Below are positions 19,769-30,482 of a stretch of 64,000 nt of DNA, piece after piece. The DNA comes from Marinagarivorans sp. (lineage in GTDB: Bacteria; Pseudomonadota; Gammaproteobacteria; Pseudomonadales; Cellvibrionaceae). The notes under the pieces were generated by a model. That model did not search any database and had not been told where the DNA came from. It saw only the letters and a list, made by a program, of their open reading frames with translations. Each line of letters opens with the position of its first letter. Position 1 is the stretch's first letter. The position numbers and the translations under genes are program-made. The DNA lies in the NCBI GenBank assembly GCA_036554385.1, contig DATBNJ010000182.1:745-64744 (forward strand). The letters are read 5' to 3'.

Positions 19769-22700
19769 ATGTTTATAAAAAAAGCCGTTTTTGTTAACTG
19801 GGGTAATATTCCAAAATTGGAGTTTGACTTTGGCCCCGTCAACCTCTTTTCGGGGGGGAATGGCTCCGGTAAAACAACGGCCGCCGATGCGCTGCAAGCT
19901 TTGATGACCGCTGCGCACGATAATTTGTTTGCCTTTAACCCAGGGCAAGACGAAACCACTCAAAAAGGCCGCGGCGGCAAACAGGTTCGCACGCTGGCTT
20001 CCTATTTGCTGGGTTGTGACGACGGCAGTTATGCGCGTCCCTATGCGACTGATGGTTATGTGGCGGCGGTTTTTCACCCCACCGAAGGTGAAGTCGCAGA
20101 GCCTTTCTCAGCGATTATGGCGATGCGTGGTCATATCGAAACCGGCGGTAGCCAAAAACAAGCGCGCCTAGATAATTTGTTTTTTATGATTATCCCCGGT
20201 GAGTCGGTATCGCTTGATTGTTTTGTGCGCGAATTTAACGACGGCAAGCATATCAAACCGACCACAGAAGTGGCGGCCTACTTAAAGCAACGTTTCTCCA
20301 GTAGCACGGTCGAAGTTTACGATAAAAAAGGCGCCTATTTGCGCCGCCTTTACGGCGCGCTTCGCGGCCGCACAGATGCAGTGCCCGACCGAGAGGCTAA
20401 ACACGCGGCCCGCACCCTTGCCAATTTTATGGCCTATAAGCCCGTAAAAAGTATTCACGAATTTGTTGCCGGGGAAATACTAGAGGCCAAAGACCTTGGC
20501 GATGCCATTCGCAATGTCTCCGATTTGATGAAAACTATACATCAAATGGAATCGTCTGCGGCTACGGTTAAAAGTGCCATTGGGCTATTGGGCAGCGCCG
20601 CCGACTGCAGTCGGCAGTATGTGGATACTTGGGTGGATTTGGCGCTGGCAAGGTATACCGAGGCGACGCGCCAAGTGTTAGCGGCGCAAAATAGTTATCT
20701 GACGTTACGTCGCGAAAAGAAACAAACGGACACGGCGTTATCACAAGCACAAGAGCGCAGCGAGTTGGCGCGTGAGCGCAAGCGGCAATTGCATAAGACC
20801 ATTGTACAGCTCGAGGCTAAACGCCAGGGTATTGATGCACTGCGAGACAAAGACGCCCTGCAGCAGGCGGCCGATAAAGCGCAGAAACACATGGCGCAGT
20901 TGGTTGAGCCTTTTTTAAATGAAGTGGCCAATGCACAAAATAACGCCGCTTGCGCAGAGTTTTTATTGCAGGCAGGCCAGCAAAGTGGCTTGGGTGTCGA
21001 ACTTAAATTTTTAACTGACCCTGCGTTTCAAAAGTTATCCCGCGCTGTGGTCAGTGCCGGCGAGCTGCGCACACTCGATGCGCGGAAGGTCTTTAATAGC
21101 GATTGGTTGGGCGCGGCGCCACTCGAGCAATTAATGGATAAGGCGCTGGTTTGGCAGGGCGAGCAAAATAACTGGCTGGCCGATGTTATAGCAACGGACT
21201 CAGGCCCAACTGGCGATGCGGCAAGACGCGATGCAGTGGCATCTTTAGTGGCCGAGCGCAAGCAAGCTTATGAGCGTTTAAAAGCCGAGTGTGTCACCTT
21301 AGCCAACGACGTACAGTTATTGATGTCTAGCCAAGTAAACTACCCGCCAGCGGTAGTTGCTGCGATAAAGGCCATTGAAGAGGCGTGCCCACATGCGCAC
21401 CCCAAGGTGTTGTGTGACTATGTAGACGTACTTGAGCCCGAATGGCAAATGGCGATTGAAGGTTATTTGGGTGGCGCGCGATTTAGCCTGCTTGTCGACC
21501 CACAATACGAGGCGCAAGCGATTGCCGCAGTGCGCAATATGCGCGGCCATAAGCGCAATAGTGCGCGCGTCATTCAAGGTGAAAAAGCCGAGCGTGATGC
21601 CGAGCGCTTTAATGTGGTGAAAGGCTCAATTCTCGAGGTCATGGCTTTTAGTCACAGCACTGCACAAGCGTACATCAAAGCATCATACGGCAATGTGGTG
21701 CGCGTAGATTCGGCGCAGACCTTAAAGCATACGGCGCGGGGTATTACGGCAGAAGGTTTAGGTTCTGGTAATTATAGTTTGTGGCGTTGTGATTTAAACG
21801 ATGCGGAGCTCGTTTTTGGGCAGGGTGCTCGTCAACGCGCTTTAATCGCCAAACAAGAAGAGTTACAGCGCAGCCAGAAGCGCTTGCGGGATGCGCAGGA
21901 GCAACTGGAACAGTTGCAGGCTATCGCGACCCAATTATCGACCATTAAACCTTGTCGCATTGCCGATTTACTGGAGCAGTTGCTGCAATTATCGCGTCAA
22001 CTCAACGAGGCCGAAGAATCGTTGGCCGCTATCGATAGCGGTGAGGGTAGTGACCTCGAGCAAGAATTGGCTAACGTGCAGCAGCAATATCAGCAGCAAG
22101 AGGATCAACAAAAACACTACGAGCAGGATATTGGTCGTTATCAAGCGCAGCTAGCAACCTTGGAAAAAAAGGTGACCTCGCTGTTAGATGAGCAAGATGG
22201 CGCTGAAAAACAGCGCGAAATACTCGAAGATGCCGTGCAGGACATCGCTAAAGTGCATCCGCGTTTTGATATTGAAAAAGCGTTGCGCGATGCTGATGTC
22301 AATGCAGAAAAAACTGCCGAAAGTTCGTTAGCTGAACTGCTAAAATCCTCACAGGAACAGCTGACGCGCTGCGAACGCGAATTATTTAACTTGGTTCAGC
22401 GCTACAACTTAGAGGCCGGTGTCGGAGATTCGCTATTGTACGATGCGGGTGTGTCGGAAATGCACAGCTTTGAGTTTTTTAAGCACTTAGTCCATTTGCA
22501 AGGTTCTATCGAGGCGCTGCATACACGATTTAAAAATAATATTTTAGTTGCAAAGCACAAAGAGCTGACCGCGCTTAAAGAGTCATTTAATACCGCTTTT
22601 GTCACCAATTTGTGTCACTCCATTTATCAGGCGATTAACGAAGGCGAGTCAGTGCTTAATGAGCTAAATAGCGAACTTGCGCACCATCGCTTCGGTGCCG

Positions 22701-23431
22701 ACCGTGAATGTTATTCCTTTGCTACGCAGTGGGTGCCTGAGTATAAAGAGTATTGGCAGTTTTTTAAGGTTGTGATTGCCAACCCGCAGCTGGGCGATGG
22801 CAAAACTTTGTTCGAAATTGAGCTCGACAAAAAGCATGCGCGCATTCGCGATGAACTGCTGCGCATGTTATTGGATGAGGACGAGCAAACGGCGCACCGT
22901 GAATTACAGCGGATTAGCGATTACCGAAATTACCGGCGTTACGAAATTTACAAAGAGCCGGCTAACAAGGCGCCTATTGCATTGAGCGAATACGGGACCG
23001 GCTCTGGTGGGCAGCTTGAAACACCGGCTTACATTATTCGCTCGGCGGCGGTGACATCGGCATTTCGCTTTAATGAAGGCAAGGCGCATTTGCGCATGGT
23101 TATGGTGGACGAAGCTTTTTCAAAAATGGATGAGGGGCGCTCGCGAGAAGTCATCAACTATTTAACGGACGCGCTCGGTTTACAGCTGATTTTTATTATG
23201 CCAACGAGCAAGTCGGGCCCGTTTTTAGACTTAATCAGTAATCAGTTTGTGTTTGCTAAGTGTCCGACACTGCAACCGGTCGGCGAGCTAAAAACGCGGG
23301 TATTTGTCGACCGCAAAGCCTGCAATACCGATAAAATCAAAAACCTATGGGCTAAACACCGTAAGGTGATTCGGCATCAGGCTATGTTAGATTTTATGGA
23401 AGAGTTCGCACCAGCCGCTGAGCAAGAGTAG
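19769..23431 (+). CDS. jetC: Wadjet JetC / MksB-like SMC ATPase
   Basis: 1220 aa: Walker A GGNGSGKTT, long coiled coils, hinge-like LCDYVDV..WQMAIEGYLGxxRF, signature GSGGQ and Walker B/D-loop VMVDEAFSKMD. Confidence 0.88.
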   Translation: MFIKKAVFVNWGNIPKLEFDFGPVNLFSGGNGSGKTTAADALQALMTAAHDNLFAFNPGQDETTQKGRGGKQVRTLASYLLGCDDGSYARPYATDGYVAAVFHPTEGEVAEPFSAIMAMRGHIETGGSQKQARLDNLFFMIIPGESVSLDCFVREFNDGKHIKPTTEVAAYLKQRFSSSTVEVYDKKGAYLRRLYGALRGRTDAVPDREAKHAARTLANFMAYKPVKSIHEFVAGEILEAKDLGDAIRNVSDLMKTIHQMESSAATVKSAIGLLGSAADCSRQYVDTWVDLALARYTEATRQVLAAQNSYLTLRREKKQTDTALSQAQERSELARERKRQLHKTIVQLEAKRQGIDALRDKDALQQAADKAQKHMAQLVEPFLNEVANAQNNAACAEFLLQAGQQSGLGVELKFLTDPAFQKLSRAVVSAGELRTLDARKVFNSDWLGAAPLEQLMDKALVWQGEQNNWLADVIATDSGPTGDAARRDAVASLVAERKQAYERLKAECVTLANDVQLLMSSQVNYPPAVVAAIKAIEEACPHAHPKVLCDYVDVLEPEWQMAIEGYLGGARFSLLVDPQYEAQAIAAVRNMRGHKRNSARVIQGEKAERDAERFNVVKGSILEVMAFSHSTAQAYIKASYGNVVRVDSAQTLKHTARGITAEGLGSGNYSLWRCDLNDAELVFGQGARQRALIAKQEELQRSQKRLRDAQEQLEQLQAIATQLSTIKPCRIADLLEQLLQLSRQLNEAEESLAAIDSGEGSDLEQELANVQQQYQQQEDQQKHYEQDIGRYQAQLATLEKKVTSLLDEQDGAEKQREILEDAVQDIAKVHPRFDIEKALRDADVNAEKTAESSLAELLKSSQEQLTRCERELFNLVQRYNLEAGVGDSLLYDAGVSEMHSFEFFKHLVHLQGSIEALHTRFKNNILVAKHKELTALKESFNTAFVTNLCHSIYQAINEGESVLNELNSELAHHRFGADRECYSFATQWVPEYKEYWQFFKVVIANPQLGDGKTLFEIELDKKHARIRDELLRMLLDEDEQTAHRELQRISDYRNYRRYEIYKEPANKAPIALSEYGTGSGGQLETPAYIIRSAAVTSAFRFNEGKAHLRMVMVDEAFSKMDEGRSREVINYLTDALGLQLIFIMPTSKSGPFLDLISNQFVFAKCPTLQPVGELKTRVFVDRKACNTDKIKNLWAKHRKVIRHQAMLDFMEEFAPAAEQE

Positions 23432-23445
23432 GGATGCTCGCCGAT

Positions 23446-23853
23446 TTACTGGTTTAGCCAGCTTTCTAAAATGAGCCGTGCGGCGATGGCATCAATAGGG
23501 TTTTTGCCGTAATCACCTTTGTGGCCGCGCTGCGCAGCTTCGGCCTTTGCTTCTCGCGTCGATAAACGCTCGTCCATTAAGTGAACGGGAATGCTGAAGC
23601 GCCCGTGAATGCGGTTGGCGAATTTGCGCGCGCGGGTCGATAGCTCACTGTCAGTGCCGTCCATATTTAAAGGCAAGCCCACGACGGCAGCTTCGACGCG
23701 CCACTCGACAAGTAGCTTTTCGAGGTGTTCCCAGTTGGGGATGCCGTCACGAGCGGGGAGTGACGGCTGTTCGGAGGCGGTGCGCGTTATCTGTTGACCC
23801 ATGGCAACGCCAATGTTTTTTAGCCCGTAATCAAAGCCTACAATATAGCCCAC
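23446..23853 (-). CDS. ruvX: Holliday junction resolvase-like / pre-16S rRNA nuclease YqgF
   Basis: GFDYGLKNIGVA, VVGLPLNMDG, DERLST, IDAIAARLILESW. Confidence 0.95.
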   Translation of the reverse strand: MGYIVGFDYGLKNIGVAMGQQITRTASEQPSLPARDGIPNWEHLEKLLVEWRVEAAVVGLPLNMDGTDSELSTRARKFANRIHGRFSIPVHLMDERLSTREAKAEAAQRGHKGDYGKNPIDAIAARLILESWLNQ

Positions 23854-23856
23854 GGA

Positions 23857-24423
23857 TTACGCATTTCCGCCACTGGCAATCGTGCCAGGGTCGACCCCCA
23901 TCTTGCTGTACAAGTTGTGCCAGCGAGTTTCGGCCGGTTGACTAAATAGGGTGTCGAGGTCGGCATCAATGGTTAGCCAGCAGTTTTCTTTAAGCTCGGT
24001 TTCTAGCTGTCCGGGACTCCAACCGGCAAAGCCTAGCGCAAATAGGTAGTCATCTGGCCCGTCGCCCTGAGCAATCGACTCGAGTGCATCCTTGGAGGCG
24101 GTGAGCATAAGCTCGTCTGTGACGCGCATCGAGGTATGCCATTTATGGTCACAGGGGGTATGCAGTAAAAAACCGCGCTGCGGCTTAACGGGCCCGCCTT
24201 TGAGTACTGCTTTTGCGGTGGGCAGCTCAATGGGGTTGGGCAGGTTGAGTTGCTTAAAAATCTCTGGCAGCGATAGCTCGAGCGGTTGGTTTATCACGAT
24301 GCCCATGGTGCCTTCATCGCCATGATCGCAAATGTAAGTAACGGCCTTATCGAACTGCTTGTCTTCCATGCTGGGGAGCGCAACTAAAAATTTGTTGCGA
24401 AGAGAGAGTTGACCGTTTCGCAT
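23857..24423 (-). CDS. yqgE: YqgE/AlgH family protein
   Basis: FLVALPSM, GTMGIVINQP, GGPV..RGFLLH, GFAGWSPGQLE.E..EN.WL. Start refined to ATG 24423. Confidence 0.93.
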   Translation of the reverse strand: MRNGQLSLRNKFLVALPSMEDKQFDKAVTYICDHGDEGTMGIVINQPLELSLPEIFKQLNLPNPIELPTAKAVLKGGPVKPQRGFLLHTPCDHKWHTSMRVTDELMLTASKDALESIAQGDGPDDYLFALGFAGWSPGQLETELKENCWLTIDADLDTLFSQPAETRWHNLYSKMGVDPGTIASGGNA

Positions 24424-24516
24424 TGTGATTCCGTTAAGTGGTTGTGAATCGTACCTGTACTCTATGGGCGAGCGCGAGAAAATCAATAGTTATTTGACCA
24501 ATCGCGCCAATCACCA

Positions 24517-25401
24517 TTACCGACGGGTCCCCTTGGTGGATAAACCGGTAATCTCAAATGACCATACCCGCGTGATTTCGAGCTTGTCGTGGCCATCGAG
24601 CACTGTGCTCGGGATTTTTTCGAAGGGAGCTGCCATATGCACCATCTGCAGCGCCGACTGGTTGAGCAGTGCGTGGTCGGACGGGTCGATAATCTCGACG
24701 TCGTCGATGGTGCCATCGGCGTTCAACGTGACTACCATCATCAGTTGTCCGAATATTTCCTCTTGCAAGGCTTCTTCTGGGAAGTGGCGGTTACCGACAT
24801 CTTCGACGCGAGAATTCCACGCATGTAGGTAGGCGGCATCGGCACTTGCTTTGGTCGCTTCGGTCTGAATGCGTTTAACTTTGGGGCGCAGGGCCTCGGA
24901 TTGACGAAGTTTGTCGAGCTTGGCTTGCAGGGCGGCCGCCTCTGGATTAGACATCAAGATGTCTTCATCTTGCGCCTTAACGGTTTTTTCTTCTGGTGTT
25001 TGCTCGGTTTTTGTGTCGTCTTCGAATTGCAGGCGACTATTGGCCGTCGTTTGCAATGTTTCCGACTGTACTTCGGCGGCTTGGGTGGTCTTTTGCTGCG
25101 GCTGAGGAGTGATTTCACGTATGACGGTATCGTTGAAGTCGGCTAGTTCGTCGGTGAGCAGTTCTTTCGCCTCGTCGCCCGTGCCGCTGGCTTCTTGGTT
25201 TTGTTGCGCTAAGAAGTCGGCTTTTTCGGGCGCGTTTTGGCTAATCTGGGTGGCCAGTGTGATATTGAGCGTAGGCGCGATCTTGTCCGCCGCTGGGATC
25301 TTGAAGCCTAATTGCAGCAAGATAAACAGGTGCAGCGCTACGGCGGCAAAAAACGTAAAGGCTAGGCGGTCACCGGTGGATACAGAAGTGCTAAGGGCCA
25401 T
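24517..25401 (-). CDS. tonB: Energy transducer TonB (TonB3-like by position next to gshB and pilG)
   Basis: TM helix with the conserved A/SxxxH (AVALH) and a C-terminal TonB domain (YLHAWxxRVE..GN..FP; SxxxLLNQSAL). Confidence 0.85.
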   Translation of the reverse strand: MALSTSVSTGDRLAFTFFAAVALHLFILLQLGFKIPAADKIAPTLNITLATQISQNAPEKADFLAQQNQEASGTGDEAKELLTDELADFNDTVIREITPQPQQKTTQAAEVQSETLQTTANSRLQFEDDTKTEQTPEEKTVKAQDEDILMSNPEAAALQAKLDKLRQSEALRPKVKRIQTEATKASADAAYLHAWNSRVEDVGNRHFPEEALQEEIFGQLMMVVTLNADGTIDDVEIIDPSDHALLNQSALQMVHMAAPFEKIPSTVLDGHDKLEITRVWSFEITGLSTKGTRR

Positions 25402-25514
25402 AAAAAATGCGTCTTAAATTATTGTCGTTATCGGTAGTGCGTCGAGTGTTTTTAATGCATTGGCCAGCGCATGCAATGTGAGGCTGGCGCTGGCTGTAAT
25501 CAATTATGGCTATC

Positions 25515-26474
25515 CTAGCGCTTTTTGCTCAACAATGCCTGCTCAATAGCGCTAATTAGGCGTGCGCCAATGCCCGTGTCGAAGGCCGCGTCGATTTCTC
25601 GGATGCAGGTCGGGCTGGTAACGTTGATTTCGGTAAGGTAATCGCCGATAACGTCGAGGCCAACAAAAAAGAGCCCTTTGTCGCGCAATATTGGCCCGAC
25701 GAGTCCTGCGATTTCTTTGTCGCGCGGCGACAGTGGCTGTGCCACGCCACGTCCGCCGGCGGCGAGATTGCCGCGCAGCTCGCCACTGGCGGGAATGCGT
25801 GCTAGGGCGTATTCCACGGGCTCGCCGTTCACCATAAGAATGCGTTTGTCGCCGGCAGTGATCGCTGGGATAAACTTCTGCGCCATAATGTAATCGGCGC
25901 CGTTATTGGTTAATACTTCGACAATAGAGGCCAGGTTGCTGTCGCCATCTTTACAGCGAAAGATGCCGCTACCGCCCATGCCGTCGAGGGGCTTGAATAT
26001 GACATCTTGGTGCTGTTTGTGGAACGCGCGCAGCCTAGCCATATTATTACTGACCAGCAGGGGCGGGCAGCAGTCGGCGAATTCGGTGGCAAAGAGCTTC
26101 TCGTTGCACTCGCGCAGGCTCTGCGGATTGTTGACCACTAGGGCGCCGGCATTAGCGGCACGCTGCAAAATGTGGGTCGCGTACAGAAAGGCGCTGTCGA
26201 AGGGCGGATCTTTGCGCATCATAATGACGTGCTCGTCGCCCAGCGCTTGGCTGCTGCGTTCGCCGAGCTCAAACCAATGTGCCGGGTCGTCGAATACCGT
26301 TAATGGACGAAGGTCGGCATAGGCGGCACCGTTTTCGATGAACAGGTCGCTCAGCTCAGCATAAGCCAGTTGCCAGCCTGCATTTTGCGCCGCAAGGGCG
26401 ATAGCGAGGGTGGAGTCTTTCTTGAAACTAATATTTGCAATGGGGTCCATCACAAAAATCATAAGCTGGGACAT
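25515..26474 (-). CDS. gshB: Glutathione synthetase
   Basis: MDPI..I.FKKDSTL, MRKDPPFD, NEKL, KPLDGMGG, RGNLAAGG, EINVTSPTC. Confidence 0.97.
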   Translation of the reverse strand: MSQLMIFVMDPIANISFKKDSTLAIALAAQNAGWQLAYAELSDLFIENGAAYADLRPLTVFDDPAHWFELGERSSQALGDEHVIMMRKDPPFDSAFLYATHILQRAANAGALVVNNPQSLRECNEKLFATEFADCCPPLLVSNNMARLRAFHKQHQDVIFKPLDGMGGSGIFRCKDGDSNLASIVEVLTNNGADYIMAQKFIPAITAGDKRILMVNGEPVEYALARIPASGELRGNLAAGGRGVAQPLSPRDKEIAGLVGPILRDKGLFFVGLDVIGDYLTEINVTSPTCIREIDAAFDTGIGARLISAIEQALLSKKR

Positions 26475-26794
26475 AGCTAAACCTATAAGTGTGGCCATAT
26501 ATTGAAAGTGATGGCGCAATGTGCGATTTATGCCAAAATAAACGTGCTATTGATTGGCGCTTTCCATTCAGTTGAGCGATTATAAATGGTGTGGCGCAAA
26601 AGCTCAGCTTTTGCCCTAATCGATGTTGTTAAGCCTTTGCTAACCTCTGCACAACGGGCTTGCTGGTGTTAGCCAAGAGTTGGCGTAAGGCCAATTTCTA
26701 TGTTAAAAGGTACTCCCGCTGGATGCGACCAAAAAAAACAGGGTGTTCCCTGTAACGACAACTTTCTATAACTTATAACTACTAGGGTCTGTCT

Positions 26795-27190
26795 ATGGAT
26801 GTGAACCTCGAACATCTAAAAGTTATGGTCATCGACGACAGTAAAACGATTCGTCGCACGGCCGAGACTTTGTTAAACAAGGTGGGCTGCGAAGTCATTA
26901 CTGCAACTGATGGCTTTGACGCATTGGCCAAAATAGCTGACTCCCGTCCAGATATTATTTTTGTGGATATTATGATGCCGCGTTTAGACGGTTATCAAAC
27001 CTGTGCTCTGATTAAGAATAACAGTGAATTCCGCTCGACGCCGGTAATTATGTTGTCCAGTAAAGACGGCCTTTTTGACAAAGCGAAGGGCCGAATTGTG
27101 GGCTCTGACCAATACCTAACTAAACCATTCAGTAAAGGCGAGCTCCTAGGTGCCATCGAAGCACACGTAAAAGTCGCGCAAGCCAGCTAA
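26795..27190 (+). CDS. pilG: Twitching motility response regulator PilG
   Basis: Single REC domain: IDDSKTIRRTAETLL, VDIMMPRLDGYQTCALIKNN. Confidence 0.96.
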   Translation: MDVNLEHLKVMVIDDSKTIRRTAETLLNKVGCEVITATDGFDALAKIADSRPDIIFVDIMMPRLDGYQTCALIKNNSEFRSTPVIMLSSKDGLFDKAKGRIVGSDQYLTKPFSKGELLGAIEAHVKVAQAS

Positions 27191-27244
27191 TCCGCTGGTT
27201 TTCGCGTCTACGTAAGGATCTAGCCTAGGTATATTGGGGGATAC

Positions 27245-27610
27245 ATGGCTAAAGTACTAATTGTTGACGACTCTCCAACAGAGACGTACAAACTGACGAG
27301 CATGCTCGAAAAGCATGGTTATATCGTAAGCTCGGCTTCGTCTGGCGCCGATGGTGTGGCGAAAGCAAAAGTCGAGAAACCCGATTTAGTGTTGATGGAT
27401 GTGGTAATGCCTGGCCTCAATGGCTTTCAGGCAACGCGCCAGCTGAGTAAAGCACCAGAAACTGCGCACATCCCCATTATTATTGTCACCACCAAGGATC
27501 AGGAAACTGATCGCGTTTGGGGTATGCGCCAAGGCGCCAAAGCTTACTTGACCAAGCCGGTCGATGAGCCCCAATTGCTTAAAACGATAACGTCTTTGGG
27601 GCAGCTATGA
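27245..27610 (+). CDS. pilH: Twitching motility response regulator PilH
   Basis: REC domain: VDDSPTE, MDVVMPGLNGFQATRQL, KDQETDRVWGMRQGA. Confidence 0.96.
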   Translation: MAKVLIVDDSPTETYKLTSMLEKHGYIVSSASSGADGVAKAKVEKPDLVLMDVVMPGLNGFQATRQLSKAPETAHIPIIIVTTKDQETDRVWGMRQGAKAYLTKPVDEPQLLKTITSLGQL

Positions 27611-28149
27611 GTTCTGGTGCGGGCTTTCAGGCATTAGTTGATTTAGCAGCGAAAACGCGCTCGAACTCTCTACCAATACCGGCAGAAGGCGATGAAGCGC
27701 CTCGTCAAAGCGGTATTGGCTTTTCCCTATTGGGGCGCCGTTTTGTCGCGCCTATGGGGCAAATCGCAGAAATGCTCGAAGTCCCGCCCTCGACCCGACT
27801 GCCCGGTGTGCAACCTTGGGTGATTGGCTTGGCTAATGTGCGCGGTCGGTTGCTTCCGTTGTTTGATATGGCAATCTTCTTTGGTGGTACCTCGCTGGGT
27901 CAGCGGCGTCAGCAAAGGGCATTGGTTATCGATACCGACCAACTCTACAGTGGCTTGGTGGTTGATCAAGCCTACGGTATGCAGCACTTTACTAGCGACT
28001 TATACCGCGAGAAGGTCGACGATGTTCCCGATGCGATAGCACCGTTTGTAAAGGGCGGCTATGTCGATGCCTCGGGTGTGTCCTGGGCACTGTTTGATAT
28101 GTACGAGATAGCCAGTTTTTCCAAATTTCTGAATGCCGCTTCTGCCTAA
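27607..28149 (+). CDS. pilI: CheW-like adaptor PilI
   Basis: TRLPGVQPWVIGLANVRGRLLPL; position in the pil-chp operon. Confidence 0.93.
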   Translation: MSSGAGFQALVDLAAKTRSNSLPIPAEGDEAPRQSGIGFSLLGRRFVAPMGQIAEMLEVPPSTRLPGVQPWVIGLANVRGRLLPLFDMAIFFGGTSLGQRRQQRALVIDTDQLYSGLVVDQAYGMQHFTSDLYREKVDDVPDAIAPFVKGGYVDASGVSWALFDMYEIASFSKFLNAASA

Positions 28150-28281
28150 TTGGATAATGACGGTTCACTGTCAGCAACATCTAGGTCGATGCAACGCGCT
28201 ATGGACTCTCCAGCCGCGTGAAATAATAACGAATATTTGCTGATCCAAAAGCAGAAAATTTGATCCATTAGGGAGCATCCT

Positions 28282-30465
28282 ATGAAAAATGATTCGGACG
28301 GCCTCTGGTCACGAATTAAATCCAATCGTTTCCTGGCAATATTAGTGTTAATGCTGTTGGGTTTTGTTGTGTTAACTGGGGTGATCGATTATCGATTGCG
28401 CCAAGATTCCGCACAGGATCAGGTTTACAAGCAAATGGTTGCAGACCTGCGCGCTGCATCTTATCAGCTGACTTCGTTATCGCGTGACGCTACCGCGGGC
28501 AACAAGCAAGCGTTTGCCAAGCTGGAAAAAGTGGTCGCGGATATGGACCAAACGTGGAGTAAAATTCAATCGACGGACGGGCAAACCCGAGCGGTACTAT
28601 CCGAGGAAATTAGCGCTTACGATTCCGCCTGGAAAAAGATCAAAGATAATGCCGGCGTCATTATCGAAAACGAGGATTCGATTATCTTAATGCACGACGT
28701 GGCGACGACCCTTAACGAGGCATTGCCCGAGCTGCAGCAAGAGCACGATACTATCGTTGAGATTCTGCTTGAAAACGGTGCTCCGGCCGAGCAAATCTCG
28801 GTAGCGCAGCGCCAAAGCTGGTTTGCAGAGCGCATTGGTCGCAACGTCGACAAAATGCTACGCGGTGGCCTTGATGCCACCCGCGCCGCCGATGAGTTTA
28901 ACCGCGATGCCAGTCGCTTTGGTAACGTACTCGAAGCGATGAAAAAGGGCGATATTGCGATGGGTATGGCCAAGGTAACAGACCCAGACGCAGTCGAAAG
29001 CCTCGAGCAAATCACACGCTTATTTGCGTTTGTGAGCGGTTCGGTTAGCGACATTTACGAAAAGTCTCCCGATTTATTCAGTGCACGACAAGCGGCAAAC
29101 GCCATTATTGATGGCAGCCCGTTTTTGCTTAAGCGCTTAGGTGACTTGGCTGATGGCATCAGTAACTTGCCAGCCGAGCGCAGGGTGAACAGCAACTTCT
29201 TGATTGCAGCGATTGCCGGTGCAGTGTTGTGTTTGATAGCGATTGTTTGGGTGCTTAACTTGGCGACCAAACGTCGCTTGCAAGAGCAAGCCGAAACGAA
29301 CGAGCGCAACCAAAGCGCGATTCTCCGCTTACTGGACGAATTGGCGGATCTTGCCGACGGTGACTTGACCACGACCGCCACGGTCACTGAAGACTTTACT
29401 GGCGCCATTGCCGACTCGATTAACTACACCATTGACCAACTGCGGGTTCTGGTATCGCGGATTAACGACACCTCGGCCAACGTATCGGCGGCATCTGAAG
29501 AAACCAAGCAAACGGCACTACACTTGGCGCGCGCCTCAGAGCACCAGGCGCAGGAAATTGCCGGTGCCTCGGCGGCGGTTAACGAAATGGCGGTAACCAT
29601 TGACCAAGTTTCCGCCAACGCTGCCGAGTCGGCTCGAGTGGCAGAGCGCGCGGTATCAATCGCCTTTAATGGCGCCAAGGTGGTACAAAATACCATCCAT
29701 GGTATGGATACCATTCGCGAGCAGATTCAAGATACCGCCAAGCGAATTAAGCGCTTGGGTGAGTCGTCGCAAGAGATTGGTGATATCGTCAGTCTGATTA
29801 ACGATATTGCGGATCAAACCAATATTTTGGCACTGAACGCGGCGATTCAGGCCTCGATGGCTGGCGATGCGGGTCGCGGCTTTGCGGTTGTTGCCGACGA
29901 GGTACAGCGCCTAGCAGAACGCTCCGCGACGGCGACCAAGCAAATTGAGGCGCTGGTGAAAACGATTCAAAGCGATACCACCGCAGCGGTCAACTCGATG
30001 GAGCAAACCACCGCCGAGGTGGTTCGCGGTGCGCGCCTTGCACAGGATGCAGGTGTGGCGCTCGAAGAGATTGAATCGGTATCGGCGAGCTTGGCAGAGC
30101 TGATTCAGAACATTTCGAATGCGGCGCGTCAGCAGTCGACCTCAGCGGGTCACATTTCTAACACCATGAACGTTATTCAAGAGTTTACCTCGCAAACGTC
30201 GGCTGGTACCTCCGCAACGGCAGAAGCAATTGGTCGCCTTGCTCAAATGGCGATTGAACTGCACGAATCGGTTGCTGGCTTTAAGTTGCCCGAGGAAATG
30301 GCCAATGAAATGCAATCGCTGGCCGCGGCCCATGCGCCTGATGGACAAACTTCTCACGACCTGACACAGCTATCCTTGGAGGACGCAAGTCAGTACGATG
30401 AAGAGGGCGACTCGGACAATGCCGATGAGCGTGACGAGTCAGACAAATCTGGGCACCGTGTATAA
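28282..30465 (+). CDS. pilJ: Methyl-accepting chemotaxis protein PilJ
   Basis: Two TM helices, HAMP ([23 protein letters not shown]) and MCP tip [35 protein letters not shown]. Confidence 0.96.
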   Translation: MKNDSDGLWSRIKSNRFLAILVLMLLGFVVLTGVIDYRLRQDSAQDQVYKQMVADLRAASYQLTSLSRDATAGNKQAFAKLEKVVADMDQTWSKIQSTDGQTRAVLSEEISAYDSAWKKIKDNAGVIIENEDSIILMHDVATTLNEALPELQQEHDTIVEILLENGAPAEQISVAQRQSWFAERIGRNVDKMLRGGLDATRAADEFNRDASRFGNVLEAMKKGDIAMGMAKVTDPDAVESLEQITRLFAFVSGSVSDIYEKSPDLFSARQAANAIIDGSPFLLKRLGDLADGISNLPAERRVNSNFLIAAIAGAVLCLIAIVWVLNLATKRRLQEQAETNERNQSAILRLLDELADLADGDLTTTATVTEDFTGAIADSINYTIDQLRVLVSRINDTSANVSAASEETKQTALHLARASEHQAQEIAGASAAVNEMAVTIDQVSANAAESARVAERAVSIAFNGAKVVQNTIHGMDTIREQIQDTAKRIKRLGESSQEIGDIVSLINDIADQTNILALNAAIQASMAGDAGRGFAVVADEVQRLAERSATATKQIEALVKTIQSDTTAAVNSMEQTTAEVVRGARLAQDAGVALEEIESVSASLAELIQNISNAARQQSTSAGHISNTMNVIQEFTSQTSAGTSATAEAIGRLAQMAIELHESVAGFKLPEEMANEMQSLAAAHAPDGQTSHDLTQLSLEDASQYDEEGDSDNADERDESDKSGHRV

Positions 30466-30482
30466 CACAAGCAGCGAAGACT

